A stretch of 60,050 nucleotides of DNA from an uncultured Campylobacterales bacterium (GTDB lineage: Bacteria > Campylobacterota > Campylobacteria > Campylobacterales > JAADDG01): the NCBI GenBank assembly GCA_964450755.1, contig CAYVDJ010000118.1:1-60050 (forward strand). Reading direction: 5' to 3'. Made by a program: the position numbers and the translations under genes. The notes below the pieces were generated by a model. It searched no databases. It worked only from the letters and a program-made list of their open reading frames with translations, and was not told the DNA's origin. Shown here one piece after another: positions 1 through 8,726 of this stretch (its first letter is position 1; every line of letters begins with the position of its first letter).

Positions 1-339
1 GTTGCCTGTAAATCTATCCTTCTTCAAAAGAGTTTGGAACTTTTTTTAAAAGATTTTATATCTACATACAGATATTGCGATTTTATGATAACAGATCGTA
101 ACATCAATATGGATAAACCTCTTTTTTTGATATCAAAAGACAAAGAGGCAAATATCAGTGTTCCTTTTTCCAAATCGCAAATCATTTTGGAAACAAAAGC
201 TTTTTACCAATCACTACAAAACAAAAACAAAACGACAAAAGGAGTTGATTTTACTCTTCTTGAAAAAAAGATAGAACTTCTTTCCAAAGAATTTACCAAA
301 AATATTATAAAAGCCGTAAGAGAGCATTATGAACAATAA
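1..339 (+). CDS. hypothetical protein, C-terminal part (reading frame is open to the left edge of the window)
   Basis: Frame 1 has no stop from base 1 to the stop at 337-339, so the track start at 34 is only the first TTG. No motif recognised. An 11-nt overlap with the next gene suggests coupling. Confidence 0.4.
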   Translation, partial: VACKSILLQKSLELFLKDFISTYRYCDFMITDRNINMDKPLFLISKDKEANISVPFSKSQIILETKAFYQSLQNKNKTTKGVDFTLLEKKIELLSKEFTKNIIKAVREHYEQ

Positions 340-913
340 AAATCTTTTCATATATATAGAGGGAGGCAAATATAAAGGCAAAAAACTCTTCCTGCCTTCA
401 TCCAAAAGTACAAGAAGCACAAAAAGTATCGTCAAAAACTCCTTTTTTGATACTGTTCAGTTTGAACTGTACGGCAAAATATTTTTTGAGGTTTTCGGAG
501 GAAGCGGCTCTATGGGACTTGAAGCGATAAGCAGAGGAGCGGATTTTGCATATTTTATAGAAAAAAACAAAGATGCCTACAATATCCTTTTAAAAAACTG
601 CTCCCTGATTGACAAAAACAAAACAGAAGTCTTTTTAGACAACAGCTTTACCCTTTATGATAAAATTATATCTATGATAGAAGAAAAAGAGAAAAAAGCC
701 TATATCTATCTCGATCCTCCTTTTGAGATACGAGAAGGTATGAGCAATGTATATGAAGAAGTTTACAAACTGATAGAAAAAACACCAAAAAATACAGCAA
801 AAATGTTCATCTTAGAACACAGAAGCGCCATAAAAACACCCGATCAAATAGGCAGTTTCAAAAAGAAAAAAACCAAAAAATTCGGAAAAACCTCATTGAG
901 CTACTGGCACTGA
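329..913 (+). CDS. rsmD: 16S rRNA (guanine966-N2)-methyltransferase RsmD
   Basis: SAM-binding stretch FGGSGSMGLEAISRGA and catalytic DPPF motif (YIYLDPPFE). 194 aa is typical of RsmD. Confidence 0.8.
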   Translation: MNNKNLFIYIEGGKYKGKKLFLPSSKSTRSTKSIVKNSFFDTVQFELYGKIFFEVFGGSGSMGLEAISRGADFAYFIEKNKDAYNILLKNCSLIDKNKTEVFLDNSFTLYDKIISMIEEKEKKAYIYLDPPFEIREGMSNVYEEVYKLIEKTPKNTAKMFILEHRSAIKTPDQIGSFKKKKTKKFGKTSLSYWH

Positions 914-932
914 AACAATATTTTTCAATCTT

Positions 933-949
933 TGGAATACTTTTTGCTT
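933..949 (+). promoter_or_regulatory. sigma54 (RpoN) -24/-12 promoter upstream of flgI
   Basis: TGGAATACTTTTTGCTT. GG at 934-935 and GC at 946-947 give the exact 12-nt spacing of TGGCAC-N5-TTGC, about 35 nt upstream of the flgI start. Confidence 0.6.
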
Positions 950-983
950 TTGGAGTTATAAAACATCTCTAAAGGCAGCAAAG

Positions 984-2039
984 TTGAAATTTATCAAATA
1001 CCTGATTTTGTGCATTGTTTTATTTTCACCTCTGTCGGCAGAAAAGATAAAAGATATCGCCAATATTGTGGGAGTTAGAGACAACCAGCTTATCGGTTAC
1101 GGTTTGGTTGTGGGACTCAGGGGAACGGGAGACGGCAGTTCTTCAAAATTTACTCTAAGAGCTCTTTCAAACCTTCTCTCTACCGTCAATGTCAAAATAG
1201 ATCCGAGTGAAATCAAATCAAAAAACATAGCAGCCGTCATTGTTACGGCAAAACTTCCGCCTTTTGCAAGGCAGGGAGACAAGCTTGATGTAGTTATCTC
1301 ATCCATCGGGGATGCAAAATCCCTTCAGGGAGGAACTCTTCTTTTAACTCCTCTAAAAGCGGTGGACGGTCAGATATACGCCCTTGCACAGGGTCCTGTT
1401 ACGATAGGAGGCAAGAACGGAAGAGGCGGGGGACTCAACCACGCAACAGTCGCCACACTCTTTTCGGGAGCCGTTGTGGAGAGAGAAGTTTTACAAAATA
1501 TCTACAAAAAAGATTACGCAGAACTCAGCCTGAAACAGACCAATTTCTCTAATGCCGTAGCCATACAAAATACACTGAATGACTACTTTAAACAAACGGT
1601 GGCGGTTGCAACAGACGCAAGAGTCGTAAAACTGAAAAAACCAACCAATCTTTCTATGGTTGAATTTATCGCAAAGATAAATGATTTGAATATCAACTAT
1701 ACAAAAGAGAAAAAAATAGTCATCGATGAAAGAACAGGGACGGTGGTATCGGGCATAGATATCGTTATAGATCCGGTTGTGATCACACACGGAGATCTGA
1801 CTATCAAAATATCTCCGAAAGACACTATGCCAAAACCGGCAAAAAGTGATGTTGATATGAACGAAGGCGTAACAATAGGTGTGGCAAACAATATCGTCAA
1901 AATGAAAAAAGATGAAGTAACGGTAGCAAATCTGGCAAGAGTTCTCCAAAAACTCGGAGCAAAACCAAAAGATATCATCTCGATACTCGAAACCATCAAA
2001 AGAGCCGGTGCCATCAGTGCCAAACTTGAGATCATATAA
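984..2039 (+). CDS. flgI: flagellar P-ring protein FlgI
   Basis: Signal peptide, then KDIANIVGVRDNQLIGYGLVVGLRGTGD. C-terminus is LGAKPKDIISILETIKRAGAISAKLEII. Both are classic FlgI. The start is TTG. Confidence 0.95.
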   Translation: MKFIKYLILCIVLFSPLSAEKIKDIANIVGVRDNQLIGYGLVVGLRGTGDGSSSKFTLRALSNLLSTVNVKIDPSEIKSKNIAAVIVTAKLPPFARQGDKLDVVISSIGDAKSLQGGTLLLTPLKAVDGQIYALAQGPVTIGGKNGRGGGLNHATVATLFSGAVVEREVLQNIYKKDYAELSLKQTNFSNAVAIQNTLNDYFKQTVAVATDARVVKLKKPTNLSMVEFIAKINDLNINYTKEKKIVIDERTGTVVSGIDIVIDPVVITHGDLTIKISPKDTMPKPAKSDVDMNEGVTIGVANNIVKMKKDEVTVANLARVLQKLGAKPKDIISILETIKRAGAISAKLEII

Positions 2040-2048
2040 AGGAGTGCC

Positions 2049-2336
2049 ATGCAAATAGACAGTTTCTCTGCTTTGCAAAATTTGGAAAAAGCAAAATACG
2101 ATATCTCAAAAAATGTGGACAATGACAAACTAAAAGAGCAGACTGACAAGTTTGAAGCATTTTTATTAAAGAAAATTCTTGATATCTCTATGCCAAAAGA
2201 GAACAAACTTTTTCCAAAAGATGCAGGAGACAAAATATACAAATCAATGTACAATGATGCAATAAGTTTATCAATAAGTGGAAAATTCGGATTTAGTGAG
2301 CTGTTATATAATTTTTTACAAGAAAATAATAAATAG
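2049..2336 (+). CDS. flgJ: rod-binding (FlgJ N-terminal domain-only) protein
   Basis: 95 aa with the rod-binding pattern [16 protein letters not shown]...[11 protein letters not shown]. It sits directly after flgI, as in Campylobacter. SD AAAGGAG precedes the ATG. Confidence 0.7.
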   Translation: MQIDSFSALQNLEKAKYDISKNVDNDKLKEQTDKFEAFLLKKILDISMPKENKLFPKDAGDKIYKSMYNDAISLSISGKFGFSELLYNFLQENNK

Positions 2337-2418
2337 CACTATTTGTCAAAATAGAAAAATTTATATGATATATTTTCTAAAAAGGTATAATAAACTTTAC
2401 TAAATTAGTTAAATGTTA

Positions 2419-2447
2419 TGAAGTTTTTTTAAGCAACTGTCGATATA
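2419..2447 (+). promoter_or_regulatory. sigma28 (FliA)-type promoter upstream of flgM
   Basis: TGAAGTTT-N12-GTCGATAT compared with consensus TAAAGTTT-N11-GCCGATAA. It lies about 40 nt upstream of the flgM ATG. Confidence 0.55.
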
Positions 2448-2485
2448 ATCCTTAGTAAGCAAAATTTAACTAAAGGATTACAGCG

Positions 2486-2698
2486 ATGGTAACAGAGATT
2501 CAAAAACCTGTAACAGAGACTAAAGAATACCTGAAAAAGGACGATATAACTCAAAAGTCCGAAAATAAAACAGAAGTTTTAAACAAAGATTTAAGAGAGC
2601 TTGACAAAGTCCAAAAAATCAAAGAGATGATCAAAAAGGGCGAATACAAAATCGATATAGAAGCAACTGCCCAAAAGATAGCGGAGGAGCTTTTATAG
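2486..2698 (+). CDS. flgM: anti-sigma-28 factor FlgM
   Basis: 70 aa. The C-terminal KIKEMIKKGEYKIDIEATAQKIAEELL is the typical FlgM sigma28-binding helix. Synteny with flgI and flgK supports the call. Confidence 0.8.
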   Translation: MVTEIQKPVTETKEYLKKDDITQKSENKTEVLNKDLRELDKVQKIKEMIKKGEYKIDIEATAQKIAEELL

Positions 2699-2738
2699 AA
2701 GATTGAAGGCTCTTTTATCTCGTAATAAAGGAGCAATT

Positions 2739-3167
2739 ATGCTTAAATATTATCTAAACGGTATCATAAAAGATATCGAGAATCTCATACAACTGACAAA
2801 AGATGATATTGAAGAGATCAAAAAGGCAAATCACGAAAAGATTTTTAACTCTTCAAGACTGAAAGATGAGCTTGTTGCTTCATTTGAAAACAAAAAAATT
2901 ATTATAGATGATACTCTCATAAAACTTGTCAATGAAAACCGGGGCAAAGAGTTGGAAGAGATTTTGGACGAAGAAGACAAATCTCTTCTTGAGATGATGA
3001 GAATAAAACTTTTCGATCTCAAAGAGATAAACAAAGAGTATGCACAGATGGTTATATATGTAAGCGAATTTTACAACTCTTTGCTTGATGAGATGTTTCC
3101 GAGAGAGCTTGAAGGTTATACAAAATTAGGTCCGAAAAAAGAGCTTCTTTTTAGCGCAAGTATCTGA
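2739..3167 (+). CDS. FlgN-like flagellar export chaperone (putative)
   Basis: Helical acidic protein of about 142 aa between flgM and flgK, the position of the FlgN-like gene in Campylobacter. ATG at 2739 with SD AAGGAG is preferred over the TTG at 2703 in the track. Confidence 0.45.
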   Translation: MLKYYLNGIIKDIENLIQLTKDDIEEIKKANHEKIFNSSRLKDELVASFENKKIIIDDTLIKLVNENRGKELEEILDEEDKSLLEMMRIKLFDLKEINKEYAQMVIYVSEFYNSLLDEMFPRELEGYTKLGPKKELLFSASI

Positions 3168-3169
3168 AA

Positions 3170-4999
3170 ATGAGCCTATTAGACACTCTAAATGTTTCAA
3201 ATTCCGGTCTTAACACATCACAGGTCGGAATGAATGTCGTCGGACACAACATAGCCAATGCAAACAATGAAAGTTATACCCGTCAAAGAGTAGATCTAAA
3301 TCAGACAGTTCCGTTCCATACAACACCCGGAGATATCGGAACCGGCGTCAAAATAGCACAAATCGTCAGAATACATGATGAGTTTGTTTATACAAGACTA
3401 AAATCAAGCTCTTCAAGACTGGAATATGACAGTTTCTCAAAAACCAATCTTGAAGAGGTTGCAAAATACTTTCCTGATCTTCAGGAAAAGGGTCTGTATA
3501 ATGATTTGAAAAACTATTTCAACTCATGGAACGATCTTTCAGCCCATCCTAACGATTCCGCACAAAAAACAGCTCTTGTTCAAAACATCAAAACTTTCAG
3601 TACAAATCTGAAAGATTCAAGACAAAGAGTCCAAAAACTTCAAAACTCCATAAACGATCAGCTGAAAACATCGATAGACGAAGTAAATCGTCTAGGAAAA
3701 GAGATAGCAAACATTAACAAAAAAATATCACATACCGAAATAACAAATGACAACAGAGCCAATGATCTAAGAGATCAAAGAGACAAATTAGAATCAACTC
3801 TGCAAAAACTTCTCGACATATCGGTTCTCAAAGGGAGCATGAAAAGCGACAGCACAAAAGATCAAAGCATCACAGACGGCGGTAAAATGTACTATCTGAA
3901 TATCGCCGGACACTCTTTTGTTGACGGAGTTACCTTTCATCCTCTGAAAATCGACAACAAAGACGAACCAAACGGATTTTACACAATAAGCCATGTAAGT
4001 CAGGATCTCTCTTTGGTTGATCTGACAGGCAAAATAAAAGGCGGCAAGATAGGCGCTATGCTTGATCTTAGGGGAAGAGATATAGACCCAAAAACACACA
4101 GCCCAAACGACGGACTTTTGCAGGGGTATCTTGATGATCTTGATTCGTTTGCAAAAACATTTATCGATAAAACAAATACGATCTATGCAAAAAGCGCAAA
4201 AGAGAGTATGCACAGCAAAGAGATGAAATATTATGACGATGACGACAAAATCACATATCTTGATGAGATCAAAGAGGGAAGTTTCGATGTAGTTGTTTAT
4301 GACAATGACGGAAACGAAACTGCAAGAAGAACAATACAGATCACAAAAGATACAACAATGAAAACGGGAACAGACTCCATAGTGGAAAAATTCAACGCTG
4401 ATCAGGATGATAATGAGGATAACGATTCCACAAATGATCTTGATGATCTTTTCAGCGCAAACTATGTAAACAATGTCCTGACAATCACTCCAAAAGATGG
4501 AATCAGCGGTTATACCATCGCAATAGAAGACAATGGGACAAATTTTGCCGCCACTGCCAAAACAGGCAATCTTCTTGAAGGAGAGAGCGCAAAAGACATC
4601 TCTTTAAAAAACGAATACGAAGAAAACCCCGATAAACTTCAGGCTTACAAAGCACCTGTAGAAGGAAACAACGAAGTTGCCAACGAAATGGTACAACTTC
4701 AATATGACAATATAGACTTTGAGAGAAAAAACAAAGAGAGCGTAAATGATACAATTTATGGATTTTACAGTTTTGTAACAACAAATATCGCCACAGACGC
4801 ACAACACGCAGATCGTAACAAAGAGGCTTCCACCGCCCTTTACAACACTGTTTATCAGGAATTTCAATCAATAAGCGGCGTAAATATAGACGAAGAGCTG
4901 ACAAATTTGATAAAATATCAAACAGGATATACAGCAAACGCCAAAGTCATCTCAACAATCGACAAAATGCTTGATGTATTACTTGGGATAAAACAGTAA
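3170..4999 (+). CDS. flgK: flagellar hook-associated protein 1 FlgK
   Basis: N-terminus LNVSNSGLNTSQVGMNVVGHNIANANNESYTRQRV and C-terminus EELTNLIKYQTGYTANAKVISTIDKMLDVLLGI are canonical FlgK termini. There is a variable acidic middle region. Confidence 0.9.
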   Translation: MSLLDTLNVSNSGLNTSQVGMNVVGHNIANANNESYTRQRVDLNQTVPFHTTPGDIGTGVKIAQIVRIHDEFVYTRLKSSSSRLEYDSFSKTNLEEVAKYFPDLQEKGLYNDLKNYFNSWNDLSAHPNDSAQKTALVQNIKTFSTNLKDSRQRVQKLQNSINDQLKTSIDEVNRLGKEIANINKKISHTEITNDNRANDLRDQRDKLESTLQKLLDISVLKGSMKSDSTKDQSITDGGKMYYLNIAGHSFVDGVTFHPLKIDNKDEPNGFYTISHVSQDLSLVDLTGKIKGGKIGAMLDLRGRDIDPKTHSPNDGLLQGYLDDLDSFAKTFIDKTNTIYAKSAKESMHSKEMKYYDDDDKITYLDEIKEGSFDVVVYDNDGNETARRTIQITKDTTMKTGTDSIVEKFNADQDDNEDNDSTNDLDDLFSANYVNNVLTITPKDGISGYTIAIEDNGTNFAATAKTGNLLEGESAKDISLKNEYEENPDKLQAYKAPVEGNNEVANEMVQLQYDNIDFERKNKESVNDTIYGFYSFVTTNIATDAQHADRNKEASTALYNTVYQEFQSISGVNIDEELTNLIKYQTGYTANAKVISTIDKMLDVLLGIKQ

Positions 5000-5011
5000 A
5001 AAAGTACTTTT

Positions 5012-5064
5012 TTGGAAGTGAAGCTTTAGCTTCACCTAAGGTAGGACTAAAGTCCTACTTCCAA
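5012..5064. other. compact nested palindromic element (two 7-bp hairpins closed by an outer stem) just after flgK
   Basis: TTGGAA[GTGAAGC-TTTA-GCTTCAC]CTAAG[GTAGGAC-TAAA-GTCCTAC]TTCCAA. It is preceded by the palindrome AAAAAGTACTTTTT. It may act as a terminator or RNA-stabilising 3' structure. Confidence 0.4.
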
Positions 5065-5200
5065 AGAAAGCCCTGAATTTAGACTATTTATAAAATATTT
5101 TACTTTAAAAAAATGGCATTGGGTTGAAACTCACTAAATCTGTAATATCCATTAAATTTAAAATTATAATTTAGAGGTTTGTTTAACAGGAGATTTTTAG

Positions 5201-6004
5201 ATGAAACCACCCTATTTCAGTATCTTTTTTTTGCTTTTTATCTTTTTGCTCTCCTTTTTCGGCGGATATTTTTATCATCTTTCTCCTTTTGAACTGAACA
5301 AACATGCCATTTTACTGCCTCCCTCTTTTGAACATCTGATGGGAACGGACAGGCTGGGAAGGGATCTTTTTGCAAGGATTATGGAGGGAGGAAAGATATC
5401 TTTGATTATCGGTGTGGGAAGTGCGGTTATATCAAGTCTTATAGGACTTATCATCGGTGTAACGGCAGGATTTTTCGGACGCAATGTCGATAAAGTATTT
5501 GTCGTAGTTGTTGATCTCTTTTTGACATTTCCTACATTTTTTCTTCTTTTGGCACTTATCAGCTACATAAACGCCTCGGTATGGGTTTTGATATTTGTCA
5601 TATCCGTAACAGGCTGGATGGGAATGGCAAGAATGATAAGAAGTGAAAGTTTTGCCATAACAAACAAACCTTTTATAAAAATCCTGAAAATTGCAAAAGT
5701 AAACAGACTAAAAATCATTTTAAAATACTACACTCCACTTTTGGCTCCGATATTTTTTATCAGTTTCACTTTCGGAGTGGGAGGGGCTATATTGGCTGAA
5801 AGCGGACTCAGTTTTTTGGGTATCGGTATCATGCCGCCTCAAATCAGCTGGGGAACAATCATCAGCGAAGGAAAAGAGGTGATCGACATAGCATGGTGGG
5901 TAAGTTTTTTTCCGGGATTTATGATCTTTGCCGTAATCTTTTCTCTGATAAACATCTCCGACTATATGCAGACAAAAACCAATCAGAAAGAGTCTTTTGC
6001 ATAA
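5201..6004 (+). CDS. ABC transporter permease, DppC/OppC (peptide/nickel) family
   Basis: N-terminal HLMGTDRLGRDLFARIMEGGKISL is typical of DppC/OppC. Multiple TM segments. SD AGGAG lies 7 nt before the ATG. Confidence 0.8.
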   Translation: MKPPYFSIFFLLFIFLLSFFGGYFYHLSPFELNKHAILLPPSFEHLMGTDRLGRDLFARIMEGGKISLIIGVGSAVISSLIGLIIGVTAGFFGRNVDKVFVVVVDLFLTFPTFFLLLALISYINASVWVLIFVISVTGWMGMARMIRSESFAITNKPFIKILKIAKVNRLKIILKYYTPLLAPIFFISFTFGVGGAILAESGLSFLGIGIMPPQISWGTIISEGKEVIDIAWWVSFFPGFMIFAVIFSLINISDYMQTKTNQKESFA

Positions 6005-6773
6005 TTTTGCCAAACTTAAAGCCCTTTTGGACAAAGAGGCTGATTTTAGAAATTCAAAAGATGAAGTAAACCCCGATAAACCCGATCCGATCCTCATAGC
6101 AAAAAAATACAAAGAGGAGTATATAAGCCTTATCTGCTCTCTTTTTGCCTACGGAAACGCAAAACAGATAGTAAAATTTCTCTCATCTTTTGATTTTTCT
6201 TTGTTGAAAGAGAGTGAAGAGAAGATCAAAAAAGAGCTTCAAAACCATTACTACCGTTTTCAAAAAACCAAAGATGTTACGGCTTTTTTCATAACCATCA
6301 AAAGACTGCAAGAAACAGACTCTTTGGAAAATATCTTTCTAAAAGGATACAAAAAAGAAAATAGAGTCATAGATGGGATAAAAACAACGATAGAGAGTAT
6401 CTACAAAGTAAATCCTTACAATTCAAAAGGATATACCTTTTTGATAGGTAAGCCCCCCTCAAAAAACCCATCTTCTCCATACAAAAGATGGAATATGTTT
6501 CTAAGATGGATGGTAAGAGAGGATCATATCGATTTTGGACTCTGGAAAAAGGTAAAAAAAAGCGATCTCATCATCCCGCTTGACACCCATACATTCAAAG
6601 TTTCCCAAAAACTTGGACTTTTAAAAAGAAAAACCTACGATTTCAAAGCTGCCGTTATGTTAAGCGAAACTCTGAAACTTTTTGATCCCGACGACCCGAT
6701 AAGATATGATTTCGCCCTTTACAGAATCGGTCAGGAATCAAAGATTTTGCTACTCTATCCCACTCACCTTTAA
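5997..6773 (+). CDS. conserved hypothetical protein (resembles the TIGR02757/DUF2400 family)
   Basis: Recognised from memory only, on patterns such as LICSLFAYGNAKQIVKFL and IPLDTHTFKV...YDFALYRIGQ. TTG start overlaps the permease stop by 8 nt. Confidence 0.45.
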   Translation: MHNFAKLKALLDKEADFRNSKDEVNPDKPDPILIAKKYKEEYISLICSLFAYGNAKQIVKFLSSFDFSLLKESEEKIKKELQNHYYRFQKTKDVTAFFITIKRLQETDSLENIFLKGYKKENRVIDGIKTTIESIYKVNPYNSKGYTFLIGKPPSKNPSSPYKRWNMFLRWMVREDHIDFGLWKKVKKSDLIIPLDTHTFKVSQKLGLLKRKTYDFKAAVMLSETLKLFDPDDPIRYDFALYRIGQESKILLLYPTHL

Positions 6774-8717
6774 AAGAGCTTCGATATCGGGTTCTTCTCC
6801 TTTGAAACTTACAAAAGACTCCATCGCTTTTCTGCTTCCTCCTTTTGTCAGGATTTCACTGTAAAAGCTCTCTGCTATTTCATCATTGAATATTCCGTTT
6901 TCTACGAACATATAAAAAGCATCAGCACTCAAAACTTCCGCCCATTTGTAGCTGTAATACCCTGCGGCGTATCCTCCTGCAAAGATGTGGGCAAATCCCC
7001 ATTGAAATTTATTGTATTTTGGAGGTTTGATAACGGCTATCTCCTCTCTTGTCTCATTCAGGATATTTTGTACCTCTTTGGCATTATATCGCTTTAGATG
7101 AATCAGCATATCAAAAAGAGCAAACTCTATCTGTCTTAGCATTGCCAAAGCTGATTGAAAATTTTTGGAGATTTTCAGCTTTTTTATCATCTCTTTTGGC
7201 AAAAGTTCACCTGTTTTGTGATGATGGGCAAACATCTGCAAAACACTCTCTTCATAGGCGAAATTTTCCAAAAACTGACTCGGAAATTCCACCGCATCCC
7301 ATTCCACACCGTTTATTCCGCTTACAAACGACTCCTCCACTTTGCTTAAAAGATGATGAAGAGCGTGTCCGGCTTCATGGAAAAGAGTTTCAACATCATT
7401 TGGTCTCAAAAGCGAAGGAGAATCTTCAGAAGAAGGGGCAAAATTTGCCACGATATAGGCTATGGGAAAAATCTTTTCTCTCCTTTCGTTTATATGATGA
7501 GTTACCCACTCATCCATCCACGCACCGCCTCTTTTATCCTCTCTCGCTTCAAGATCAAGATAGAGTCTGCCTATCAGATCACCGTCTTTATAGAGTTCGT
7601 ATGTCAAAACTTTCTCATCCCATACCAAAGCGGTTATCTTTTTGAACTCTATCTTAAAGAGTTTTTTTACAAATTCAAAAAGACCGTTTACAACTCTGTT
7701 TTTTTCAAAATACGGCATATAGTCTTCATCATTTACGCTGTATTTCTCTTTTTTCAGTTTTTCAGAATAGTAGGATAGATCAAACGGTTTTAATTCCCCG
7801 TCAAATCCTTTCTCTTTGGCAAAATCTCTCAACTCTTCAAACTCTTTCAAAGCCTGTTTGCGGCTCTTTTTTGCCAGTTCTTTCAAAAAGTTTATGATGG
7901 TTTTTGGATCTTTTGCCATCTTTTTTGCCAAAGAGAGTTGGGCATAGTTTGAAAATCCCAAAAGAGAGGCTTTTTTGTAGCGAAGATCCAAAATCTCCTC
8001 TAGTATCTTCTCGTTCTCCGGCGCTCTTGTTACATAGGCTTTATAGAGTTTTTCTCTGTTTTCTCTGTTTTTTCCGTAGGTCATATAGGCTATGTAACTT
8101 GGCTGTTGAAGGGTAAAACGATAGAGATTTTTTCCCTCTTTTTTCACTTTTGCACTCTCAAGATCACTTTTTGGAAAATCCTTCAACTCTTCCTCATCCT
8201 CTATGAACATTTCATAGGCATTTGTAGCATCCAAAAGATTTTGGGCAAATCTGTTTTGCAGATCGCTTAGAGATATCATGATCTCTTTGATCTCTTTTTG
8301 TTTTTTCTCTTCCAGCCCTACTCCGCTTAGTTCAAACTCCAAAATCAGATCTGTTAAAACCTTCTTTCTCTCTTTGTTTAAAGAGCTTTTTTCTTCTTGA
8401 TATATCTCTTTAACCGCTTTGTAAAGCTCCTCGTTTTGACCGAGTTTCGCATAATATTCGGTCAAAACAGGAAGAAGGGAGGAGTAAATATCTTGAGTCT
8501 TTTTGGAATTTTTCACACTGTTTAGATGAGAAACGGGAGAGAAATAAAATCCAAGCTTCTCGTGCATAAGCTGATAGGGAGTTATAAAATTGTTATAAGT
8601 TTTCTCTTCTATACCTAAAAGTTCCTCTATCTTTTTTTCATTATCCCTGATCGTTTGTAAAACTCTCTCTTTTTGTTCTTCAAGATTACTCTCGTTTATA
8701 TCAAATTCTCTAAACAA
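6750..8717 (-). CDS. M3 family oligopeptidase (oligopeptidase A / dipeptidyl carboxypeptidase-like)
   Basis: Zinc motif HEAGHALHHLL with a downstream EFPSQFLENF. 655 aa fits M3A peptidases. Confidence 0.9.
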   Translation of the reverse strand: MFREFDINESNLEEQKERVLQTIRDNEKKIEELLGIEEKTYNNFITPYQLMHEKLGFYFSPVSHLNSVKNSKKTQDIYSSLLPVLTEYYAKLGQNEELYKAVKEIYQEEKSSLNKERKKVLTDLILEFELSGVGLEEKKQKEIKEIMISLSDLQNRFAQNLLDATNAYEMFIEDEEELKDFPKSDLESAKVKKEGKNLYRFTLQQPSYIAYMTYGKNRENREKLYKAYVTRAPENEKILEEILDLRYKKASLLGFSNYAQLSLAKKMAKDPKTIINFLKELAKKSRKQALKEFEELRDFAKEKGFDGELKPFDLSYYSEKLKKEKYSVNDEDYMPYFEKNRVVNGLFEFVKKLFKIEFKKITALVWDEKVLTYELYKDGDLIGRLYLDLEAREDKRGGAWMDEWVTHHINERREKIFPIAYIVANFAPSSEDSPSLLRPNDVETLFHEAGHALHHLLSKVEESFVSGINGVEWDAVEFPSQFLENFAYEESVLQMFAHHHKTGELLPKEMIKKLKISKNFQSALAMLRQIEFALFDMLIHLKRYNAKEVQNILNETREEIAVIKPPKYNKFQWGFAHIFAGGYAAGYYSYKWAEVLSADAFYMFVENGIFNDEIAESFYSEILTKGGSRKAMESFVSFKGEEPDIEALLKVSGIE

Positions 8718-8726
8718 ATCTCTCTC

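Noticed and set aside
1491-2254. Two long minus-strand ORFs (195 and 185 aa) overlapping flgI and the flgJ-like gene
   Set aside because: They lie entirely antisense to genes with unmistakable flagellar protein sequences. Their translations are low-complexity and Cys/Phe-rich with no recognisable motifs. They are typical shadow ORFs in AT-rich DNA.
5012-5064. GC-rich multi-stem element considered as a tRNA or tRNA fragment
   Set aside because: It is only about 53 nt and has two hairpins rather than a cloverleaf. It has no T-loop (GTTCRA) or anticodon-arm geometry. It is kept only as an unexplained structured element.
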